Below are positions 30,249 to 38,228 of a stretch of 64,000 nt of DNA, piece by piece (the stretch's first letter is position 1; each line of letters opens with the position of its first letter). A program made the translations under genes and the position numbers. Source of the DNA: Candidatus Cloacimonadales bacterium (GTDB lineage: Bacteria > Cloacimonadota > Cloacimonadia > Cloacimonadales > JAFGVF01); contig OY759729.1 of assembly GCA_963662585.1 (NCBI GenBank), forward strand, positions 928,001-992,000, in the 5' to 3' direction. The notes under the pieces were generated by a model that saw nothing but the letters and a program-made list of their open reading frames with translations, was not told the DNA's origin and did not search any database.

Positions 30249-30658
30249 AATTATCCTCCTACTAGGAATTTTTTAAACTCTTTGATTAGTTTTATTAATT
30301 GCATATATTGTTCCATTTCTATTAATATTAATTAGATAGTCAAGTATTTTTACTTGCATAAATTAGCAAACATCAAAGATATTGTTTCTTATAATTGTAA
30401 TTTTTATAAAGATTTATTTTCATAAAAAAATTAAAACCAACTATTGCCACAATCAAAGATATTTAGTTTATTTATATCATTATTCTTATCCTTTCTTTTC
30501 TTACCTTATCCGCGTCTAATCCTCTTCGACTACTCCCTTAATGACTTCTCGAAAAAATATCAAACAATGCTTGAGTAGAGTGAGAGGGAGTAAGGGAAGT
30601 CCAAGAAGAATCTAAGCTATAATCCCCCTCAGCGAGGGGGACACAAGAAGTGTTATCC

Positions 30659-31501
30659 TTAGTTGAAAGGATTAGGATAAGCGTAAATTCTAGCTTCTAA
30701 AGGTGGAAAACCACCACCATCATTGTCTTTATCCCAGTTTAAAGATTTTGAAGCAGTATCAGTAACATCTAAATATTTCTTAGCAAGGTCATCTTCCTCA
30801 AGAGTCATTTCATCCCAATTTAACTCAATATCATTTCTACCACTAGTAATGTTGAAAGAAGCAGTTTTTATCACTCCTTCATTATTTGAAATTTTTACAA
30901 TAGTAGGGGAAGTAAATGTTAAGTTTCCGACAATACATGCGTGTTCATCTAAACACTCAAATTCATCATTAAAGTATAAGAATGGAAAAGAGATTTGGCT
31001 TGTCTCGGTGATTTCGCCTAATTCATTTGTTGAATAATCAGCCAAAGCTATATTCATTCTAGAATATTGATAAAGATAACAAGATACTGAATCTTCAAGT
31101 CCATTCTCATCATGAAATGTATATACTGCTTGATAAATACCATCTTTAGTACCAACTTCAGGATAATAAACAAGAGCATGATTTCCTGCTGGCAATTCTT
31201 GATCTAACAAAGTCTCTATTTTATTACCAAAATAATCTTTAATTTCTACTATTACACTATCAGCTCTAAGAACAGAGTAGTGTAGCGATACTTCAGGTCT
31301 ACCAGAAGTTAATTTACTAGCAAGTCCTTCATTCTTTGGATAAATAGTCGTATTATAACCAGATAAAGCTTCATTCTGTGAATTTACAAGTTTCAGATTC
31401 AGTGAAAATCTCGAAGATGAAGAAGGTCCACTTGTTTTTAAGCAAGAAGCTATCGCTAAGGTTAATATTAAGGTAATGAATAAAGTAACTTTTTTTTGCA
31501 T
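30659..31501 (-). CDS. Lipoprotein with split/permuted FlgD-Ig-like CTD
   Basis: Lipobox IASC; internal 'PEVSLHYSV...VEIKDYFGNKIETLLDQELPAGNH...DGIY'; ends in YPNPFN*; AGGAG RBS. Confidence 0.75.
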   Translation of the reverse strand: MQKKVTLFITLILTLAIASCLKTSGPSSSSRFSLNLKLVNSQNEALSGYNTTIYPKNEGLASKLTSGRPEVSLHYSVLRADSVIVEIKDYFGNKIETLLDQELPAGNHALVYYPEVGTKDGIYQAVYTFHDENGLEDSVSCYLYQYSRMNIALADYSTNELGEITETSQISFPFLYFNDEFECLDEHACIVGNLTFTSPTIVKISNNEGVIKTASFNITSGRNDIELNWDEMTLEEDDLAKKYLDVTDTASKSLNWDKDNDGGGFPPLEARIYAYPNPFN

Positions 31502-31658
31502 TTTTTCTCCTAAGGATTGAACATTTAATTATTTTTTTTATTAATATATTTTTACTAATATTGTCAAGACAAAGTTTATGATAAATTTATTTGATATTTT
31601 AAGATTATTACTTATATTATTAATAAGAACATTTTACTTAGTTTAGAAGGAGTAAAAA

Positions 31659-32366
31659 ATGGAAGAAAAAGCAGTAGGTTGTGCAAGACCTATAACAAAA
31701 ACCGAACAAAAACCTCAAGCAAAAAATGAGCTTATCAACACAAAGGAGAAAATTATGGAAATAGTAAGAGTAGGGCACAAAGCCCCAGATTTTGAAGCAC
31801 CTGCCTATTATAAAGGCGGTTTCACATCAGTTAAATTATCAGATTTCAAAGGAAAATGGCTAGTATTATGTTTCTATCCTGGTGATTTCACCTTCGTCTG
31901 AGCAACCGAAGTTTCAGCGGTCGCTGCAAATTATGAAAAACTACAAGACTTAGGTGCAGAAGTAATTTCGATGAGTGTGGATAGCCAATTTGTTCATAAA
32001 GTTTGGAATGATCAAGAATTAAGTAAAATGGCAGAAAGAGATGTTCCTTTTCACATGGCTTCAGATGGTGCTGGTCATGTTGGCTCAATGTACGGGGTTT
32101 ATGACGAAGCAGCCGGAGTTGAATTTAGAGGAAGATTTATTATTGACCCAGATGGGATTGTTCAAGCTATGGAAGTTTTGACACCTCCAGTGGGAAGGAA
32201 ATTAGAAGAGACTATTAGACAAATCCAAGCATATCAGCATGTAAGAAAAACTAAAGGTGCTGAAGTATGCCCTGCAGGTTGGGAGCCAGGAAAGAAAGTA
32301 CTCAAACCAGGTCCAGCCTTAGTCGGAAATGTATGGAAAGAATGGAGTCCTTTAAAAGATCATTAA
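31659..32366 (+). CDS. prxU: Selenocysteine-containing peroxiredoxin PrxU (UGA 31899-31901 = Sec)
   Basis: The two track ORFs are in frame; [16 protein letters not shown] puts UGA at the peroxidatic Cys of AhpC (FTFVCPTE); resolving VCPAGW present. Confidence 0.92.
31911..31931 (+). promoter_or_regulatory. Candidate bacterial SECIS hairpin
   Basis: guuu-cagc-GGUC-gcug-c-aaau; G-initiated apical loop 17 nt after the UGA. Confidence 0.6.
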
Positions 32367-32380
32367 AAATAAATCTTGTT

Positions 32381-32411
32381 AAGGGTAGCCTTAAAAAAGC
32401 TACCCTTTTTT
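32381..32411. terminator. Terminator between convergent genes
   Basis: aagggtagc...gctaccctt plus T-run. Confidence 0.8.
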
Positions 32412-32437
32412 ATTATCTTAACTTGCTTGCAATATAA

Positions 32438-33202
32438 TTAATTCCATTTTTTGCTAAGTTCTTCTTTAAGTTCTTCATATTTATTTAAAAGAAAATTAAA
32501 CTTTTCTTCTAACTCAGAAATATTCTTAACTTGTAAGGCTTCTTCTATTAACTTAAGGTCCTTTTGGGGATAATCACGATAGATATAACGGAGATTAAAA
32601 TCTACTTTATGAGGTCTATGAATAATATTTAAAAGAATACCAATATGCCGAACAATAAAGCCATAATAAAGCGGAAAAGCTTCTGTAAATAAACCTCTCC
32701 TAATTCCCTTTTTGATTTCCAAGATAGTTATAAAGTCTGTGGATGTTGCTATTTTATAGAACTTTTTGATTCTTTGCTCAAGATCAGACTCTTTAGATTC
32801 AACAGGTTTCACAAACTTCTCTTTCTCAAACCAAATCTTTGCATAACCATGTCTGCTATTCTCTAAAAATTTATCTTCTAAGCTCTTCTTCATTACAGAG
32901 ATGTCGAAATAAAAAAGATCAGGTACATTTTCAGCTTGATAAAAAGTTTGTGAGAATCCATGCCAGGTTGGTTCAGGTACACGAAATTTTCTTATTGTCT
33001 GATAATGCTCATTAATAAATTCATCCATTTCGTGAAAAGTAGCTTCAACGAAATCATCATTTACCACAATAACTAAGTCTAAATCAGAGTATTCATCGGC
33101 AAACCCAGTTGCCACAGAACCACCTTCCCAAACAGCTAAAACTTCTGGCTTTAGATATAAGAACTCTTTCAAATCACTGTAAATAGTCTCTCTTTTTTTC
33201 AT
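32438..33202 (-). CDS. Pol-beta superfamily nucleotidyltransferase with helical C-terminal domain
   Basis: GGS...DEYSDLDL signature. Confidence 0.8.
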   Translation of the reverse strand: MKKRETIYSDLKEFLYLKPEVLAVWEGGSVATGFADEYSDLDLVIVVNDDFVEATFHEMDEFINEHYQTIRKFRVPEPTWHGFSQTFYQAENVPDLFYFDISVMKKSLEDKFLENSRHGYAKIWFEKEKFVKPVESKESDLEQRIKKFYKIATSTDFITILEIKKGIRRGLFTEAFPLYYGFIVRHIGILLNIIHRPHKVDFNLRYIYRDYPQKDLKLIEEALQVKNISELEEKFNFLLNKYEELKEELSKKWN

Positions 33203-33488
33203 GGCTACTCCTTTATTTTTGTTAGTATATAGTTTAATAGTATCTTATTTATATTTCATAAAAGTGTCAATAATTATATTCAGAGTATAATACTTTTTTC
33301 TTACATTCTATATAATTACTGTTTCTGATTCAATAACTACTGATATGAAAAAATTCCTAAAAATTTGTGATAATACTTGCTTCTTGAAGTCAGATGATAC
33401 AATAGAAGAGACAGGGAAATTAGAAAATTAAAAAAAATCTTGCCAATAATGTAATAGCTGATATTTAAGATTCTTATAGGAGAACAAT

Positions 33489-34103
33489 ATGGAAAATAGA
33501 TTTCAAAGAATTAAAAAAATTAGAACAAGATTTTCGAAAGTAGTAGCAATTTTAGTTATAATTGCTTTTATTTTTGGTAAACAGATATTTGAGTTAAGTA
33601 GTTTAACAGAGAGTATAGTCAACATAGTAGCCCTCTTACTTGTAACAGTAGGGACATTGGGTAGAGTATGGTGTGCCTTTTATATTTCTGGATTTAAAAA
33701 TAAGAAAGTTGTAACTGATGGACCTTATTCCACCAGCAGAAACCCCCTCTACTTATATAGTTTAATAGGTGCAATAGGTATTGGTTTAGTTTCTCACTCA
33801 TTAGCAGTCTTATCCTTTATAATTATTGCTTTTGCTATCTATTATCCCTTTGTGATTGTTGGTGAAGAGAGGAAATTAGCTTCTATTCTAGGTAAAGACT
33901 ATCAAGATTATAGCAAGAGAGTACCTCGTTTTTTCCCTAAAATGAAATTATTTACTCAGCCTGCTGAATATACTGTTAAACCAAAAGTGTTTTATAAAGA
34001 TTTAAGAGATTGTACTATGTTTATCGTAACATATTGTGTAATAATACTAATTAATGCTTTGAAAGTAAATGAGATAATACCAACTTATTTTAATATCTTT
34101 TAG
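33489..34103 (+). CDS. Isoprenylcysteine carboxyl methyltransferase/PEMT-family membrane protein
   Basis: 'VTDGPYSTSRNPLY' and 'EERKL...G.DY.DY..RVPRFFP' motifs. Confidence 0.88.
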   Translation: MENRFQRIKKIRTRFSKVVAILVIIAFIFGKQIFELSSLTESIVNIVALLLVTVGTLGRVWCAFYISGFKNKKVVTDGPYSTSRNPLYLYSLIGAIGIGLVSHSLAVLSFIIIAFAIYYPFVIVGEERKLASILGKDYQDYSKRVPRFFPKMKLFTQPAEYTVKPKVFYKDLRDCTMFIVTYCVIILINALKVNEIIPTYFNIF

Positions 34104-34237
34104 CATTTAAATCCTGCAAGAATGATGATTTCAGAGGCAGTGTTCCAAGACACTGCTTCAGATTGGTAGTAAAGTAAACTAGCCTTAGTTTTGGATATCT
34201 TTTAACAAGAAGAAATCTCTAATAGACTTATTCAAAA

Positions 34238-35131
34238 TCAAAGATTTGCCAAATTGCATAGTTTCCTAAAATTACAGAATGAGCATACTATATACTTATC
34301 TGTTTTGGGAAATTTAGCTTTCAACAGAGGTATATTATCCTTAACATTTGTACAATAAGAGTACATTTCATTGCTTTCATCGGAAACAACTTGATAAAAG
34401 TTATTTAATTCTTCCCTCGAGAAAGCTTCTCCTATTTCTTGATAATTGGGGAGTAGAAAAGTTAGGATGGGATTTATCTTTTCCTCTTGTAACTGAAAAG
34501 TATCTCTAGCCCATAAGGTATAGGCTAACATTTGTTTCCTATGTTTTTCAGCTGAGTAATTCCCTGATTTCCAATCTAGAATATAATATTCATCCTTGCA
34601 AGGGAAGAAGAAATCAACTTTGCAATAAGCTTTTAGATCATTAAACCTTGTTTCACCATAACCACCAGGCTCAATAATCCATTCTTTTTTAGAATCAATG
34701 GCATTATTTATGAGCCAGGCAAACCTATTACTATTAAACAGATTAATTATAGTTTGTTTTATATCAATAAAGAGCTCTTCCAAATCAATTTTTTCTTGTT
34801 CTTGATAATAAATCTCAGCAAAGACCTTTCTATTACAAAAGCTTTTTATCATATTGTAGATGTGAGTAAAGAGTTTTACCTTATCAATGGGAGCTGATGT
34901 TTTGGTATATCTGATGAGAATATCTCTGATTATGTCATGAATAATATTCCCTTTTTCCAGAGGAATGGAGGTTAATTTCTTCAGATAATTTATTTCATCA
35001 AGAGGAACTTCGCTATCATATTTTCCATAATAATTATAGAAATATGCTCTTTTGCAACTTTGAAAAGTCTCATATCTGCTTACAGACCATCCTAAAATTG
35101 GCGTAAAACTATAATTAGGAAGAATTTTCAT
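34238..35131 (-). CDS. PD-(D/E)XK nuclease (RecB/AddB/Cas4-like) with probable Fe-S cysteines
   Basis: 'SVSRYETFQSC', 'KVD...ILDWKSG', 'QMLAY', C-terminal CxxCxxxxxC. Confidence 0.85.
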   Translation of the reverse strand: MKILPNYSFTPILGWSVSRYETFQSCKRAYFYNYYGKYDSEVPLDEINYLKKLTSIPLEKGNIIHDIIRDILIRYTKTSAPIDKVKLFTHIYNMIKSFCNRKVFAEIYYQEQEKIDLEELFIDIKQTIINLFNSNRFAWLINNAIDSKKEWIIEPGGYGETRFNDLKAYCKVDFFFPCKDEYYILDWKSGNYSAEKHRKQMLAYTLWARDTFQLQEEKINPILTFLLPNYQEIGEAFSREELNNFYQVVSDESNEMYSYCTNVKDNIPLLKAKFPKTDKYIVCSFCNFRKLCNLANL

Positions 35132-35147
35132 CTAAGTGGATGAGAAT

Positions 35148-35801
35148 TTACTTTTTAGAAATAGCATTCATAAGAAGTTCTAAGAAAGAGTAGTACCACT
35201 TACGATTTACTTCTTCACTATTATCCTCTTCAATAACAGATTTCCTGCGATAAACAGCTGCAGAAGCTACCGCTCTTAAAGCATAAATTATTTGTGAATA
35301 GAGATAATTTGGGTCTAAATCTTCTTTAATTGTGTTATCAGCAATACCTTCTTTGATAGAATCAACAACTATCATATATCCATCTACATTGATTTTTTGG
35401 AACTTCTCCATTAAAGCTGGATCTATCTTTTCAGGATTAATTGGACGATAATCTAAGTATTGTTGATGATAGAGAATTTCAGGATTGTTTTTGTAAAATT
35501 CATAATAAGCCTTACCAAACATCTCTATTTTAGCAAGTCCAGTCTTAGCTTTTCCCATCTCATTTTTAAGGAATTCATAGCGTTGCTGTAAGCCGACACA
35601 ATAAACTTCCATATATAAATCTTCTTTGCTTTTTATGTATGAATAGAGAGTAGCTTTTGTATAGTCGGCTTTTTTAGCGACTTCATTTAAGGTAACATTC
35701 TCATAACCTATTTTATAAAACAGTTTTTGGGCTACCTCAATAATGAATTCTCTTCTTAATTGATACTCTAATTCTTTTCGTTTATTTCTAAATTCACTCA
35801 T
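35148..35801 (-). CDS. TetR/AcrR family regulator
   Basis: 'AQKLFYKIGYENVTLNEVAKKADYTKATLYSYIKSKEDL' HTH. Confidence 0.92.
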   Translation of the reverse strand: MSEFRNKRKELEYQLRREFIIEVAQKLFYKIGYENVTLNEVAKKADYTKATLYSYIKSKEDLYMEVYCVGLQQRYEFLKNEMGKAKTGLAKIEMFGKAYYEFYKNNPEILYHQQYLDYRPINPEKIDPALMEKFQKINVDGYMIVVDSIKEGIADNTIKEDLDPNYLYSQIIYALRAVASAAVYRRKSVIEEDNSEEVNRKWYYSFLELLMNAISKK

Positions 35802-36085
35802 ATATTTACCTTATTAATCTTTATTTTTTCTTTGTACCAATATAATTAACTCTTGTATTTTGTCAAAGAAATAATACCATTGGTAGAATTTATTTTTTTA
35901 GAATTATGCAATTGAGACTTAAAATTGAACTATCTAGTTGGTATAATATGTAAATAAGAATTCTATTCTATAATCCCAGAGAGAATCTTAGTGAATCTCC
36001 TTAAAGAAATCCCTTGAGAAATCAAGAGTAGAGATTCACCTTGAGTTACTACTTTCTTCAGGTTTTTATAATTGCTTCTTACAAT

Positions 36086-36112
36086 GAAAAGAAGGGGAGC
36101 AAATGCTCCCCC
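36086..36112 (-). terminator. Intrinsic terminator after ovoA
   Basis: ggggagc-attt-gctcccc then ttctttt on the minus strand. Confidence 0.75.
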
Positions 36113-36119
36113 GATATAT

Positions 36120-38216
36120 CTATCTTATCTGCCACAAAGTAACCGAGGCTACTTTTAACAGCATATGATGTCTGTTTTTATAAATAAGATAAGGAATTTC
36201 TACCGAATTACCAATTTTATTAAATCTTTTTTCTAAGATTCTCTCGATAGTGGTTTCAGATTCTACGACCTCACCATCTTCGCCCCTATATCCACCTAGC
36301 CACTTCTCTTGCGAAGATAATTCTTCAGACCAATCAGCAGTATGAGCGATTAAAAGAATTCCATCTTTATTCAAGCGGGTATGGATAATTTCCAAGAATT
36401 TCCTTGGATCGTAAGCTTTATGAAGCATAACCTCAGAGATAATCAAATCATAGCTATTAAATTTTTCTAGGAGATTAGAAGCATCACCTTGATAGAAGGC
36501 TATCTTCTCAGTAGTATCTTTTAAGTTAAAGTTACTTAAGTACTTTTCATTATAGATAACATTATCTCCTTCATCTACAGTAATATAGTGGTTATGGCCT
36601 TTTACTTGCATTTCAACAGCAAGTTTAAAAACTCGGGCCGAGAAATCAATACCTTCGACAAAGTCAAAATCTTTAGCTAATTCAAAGACTGTTCTACCTG
36701 CTCCGCAACCAATAACCATGGCTTTCTTATGATTCTTAATCAAGGGTAAAACCTTCTCAAGTAATTGAGTAGATAAATTCTTAATCCCAAATCTTTCCTC
36801 GCCCCAACTTCTTTCACATTCTTCCACTACAGAAGAATCTTCTTCATAAATGGTATTAAACACTTTTACAGGTTCTTTACTCTGAATATAACGAAATCCT
36901 GCATGTTGATAAAAGTGCCTTCTAAAAGCATAACGAGATTGAGGATTGGCTAGATTACCAGTAGAAATCCAAGAACCACCCTTAATTAAGTTATGCTGTC
37001 CATCATAAGTAGGAGTTGTGAAATCATCATAAAGAGGATGAACTTTAAATCCCTTGAATGGGTATATAGGAACTTCAGTCCATTGCCATACATTGCCAAT
37101 AATATCATATAAGGAGTCAAACCTGAATTTATTAACTGGACATGAGGATGCCCAGTGGTTTAGATTAATATTTCCTGCTATTACTTCAGTTTCTTGAAAA
37201 GAAGGTACTTGGCAAATCTTGAACATCTGATACCATTCATCTTCTGAAGGTAAACGATACTCTTTCCCTTCTTCTTTAGATTTCCAATTACAGAAAGCTT
37301 TAGCCTCTAAATAATTAACTTCCACAGGCCAGCTCCATGGCATCTCTATGATTTCTGTCAAGTTGCGTTGATACCATTTACCATCTTTCTTAAGCCAGAA
37401 TCGTGGATATTCAGCTTTAAGGTAACTTACCCAGCCCCATCCTTCCTCTGTCCAAAACTCTTGTTTAGAATAACCATCTGCTTCAACAAAACTTAAGAAT
37501 TCTTGATTAGATACCAAGAATTTACTTACTTTCATATTTTGCACTTCTGCTTGATGAACTCCGTACTCGTTATCCCAGCCATAATAAGAGTTTTCGTAAT
37601 CTTTACCAATTGTTATGCAACCACCAAGAACATTGATTATTTCATTTTTGGGAGCAGGAGGAAACTCTTGGCAAGAAGGAAAATTTGAATTTGAAGTAAC
37701 TTCAGTAATGGGAAGCTGTCTAATCAATACTGATGATGTTTCAATATGAATTCTCATGTGTTCGATACCCATAATTATAGGCCACCAGGGAGAATGCCAA
37801 TCTATTGGAAGTTCTAAAGGTAAAGTTTCAATTAACTTTAAAACTAACTCTTTTACTTGATGCCTAAATTTAGTAATTTCGCTTACTGTTGGCCAATCAT
37901 AATGGGCCTCATTAAGATCATCCCAAGACATTTCATCAACACCTATAGCACACATAGATTCGATAAGTGGATTAATGCGTTCTTTGATTAGTCCTGCTAA
38001 AATAAGCTTATTTATATAAAAAGCTGAGGTATGACCATAATAGAAGATTATAGGATGACGGAGTGGATCTGCTCTAAGGTAAAAAGATTCATCTCGACTT
38101 AAAGTTTTATATAACTCTTCTTCTACTTCATAGGTATTAACAAAATAGCTTTTAATTTCTTCTCTAATAGAGCCATCACCAACCACTCTTAGATTTAGTG
38201 TTTTTAAATTTTTCAT
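36120..38216 (-). CDS. ovoA: 5-histidylcysteine sulfoxide synthase / ovothiol synthase (DinB-like + FGE-like + methyltransferase)
   Basis: LRHPIIFYYGHT, GVDEMSWDDL, EHxRIHxETSSVLIRQLP, YGWDNEYG, RYAFRRHFYQHAGFRY, C-terminal GCGAGR methyltransferase. Confidence 0.92.
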   Translation of the reverse strand: MKNLKTLNLRVVGDGSIREEIKSYFVNTYEVEEELYKTLSRDESFYLRADPLRHPIIFYYGHTSAFYINKLILAGLIKERINPLIESMCAIGVDEMSWDDLNEAHYDWPTVSEITKFRHQVKELVLKLIETLPLELPIDWHSPWWPIIMGIEHMRIHIETSSVLIRQLPITEVTSNSNFPSCQEFPPAPKNEIINVLGGCITIGKDYENSYYGWDNEYGVHQAEVQNMKVSKFLVSNQEFLSFVEADGYSKQEFWTEEGWGWVSYLKAEYPRFWLKKDGKWYQRNLTEIIEMPWSWPVEVNYLEAKAFCNWKSKEEGKEYRLPSEDEWYQMFKICQVPSFQETEVIAGNINLNHWASSCPVNKFRFDSLYDIIGNVWQWTEVPIYPFKGFKVHPLYDDFTTPTYDGQHNLIKGGSWISTGNLANPQSRYAFRRHFYQHAGFRYIQSKEPVKVFNTIYEEDSSVVEECERSWGEERFGIKNLSTQLLEKVLPLIKNHKKAMVIGCGAGRTVFELAKDFDFVEGIDFSARVFKLAVEMQVKGHNHYITVDEGDNVIYNEKYLSNFNLKDTTEKIAFYQGDASNLLEKFNSYDLIISEVMLHKAYDPRKFLEIIHTRLNKDGILLIAHTADWSEELSSQEKWLGGYRGEDGEVVESETTIERILEKRFNKIGNSVEIPYLIYKNRHHMLLKVASVTLWQIR

Positions 38217-38228
38217 ATTTTTTACCTT

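Noticed and set aside
30520..30660. Possible ncRNA/riboswitch in the hairpin-rich spacer (also 35970-36060)
   Set aside because: Only generic inverted repeats; no recognisable riboswitch consensus; may be terminators.
31659..31901. Pseudogene or split ahpC
   Set aside because: The stop is UGA exactly at the catalytic Cys with an in-frame continuation and a SECIS-like hairpin.
32438..33202. MNT-HEPN toxin-antitoxin or antibiotic-resistance nucleotidyltransferase
   Set aside because: No HEPN partner gene; motifs only support superfamily-level assignment.
34238..35131. CRISPR-associated cas4
   Set aside because: No cas1/cas2 or array; longer than typical Cas4; called a generic PD-(D/E)XK nuclease.
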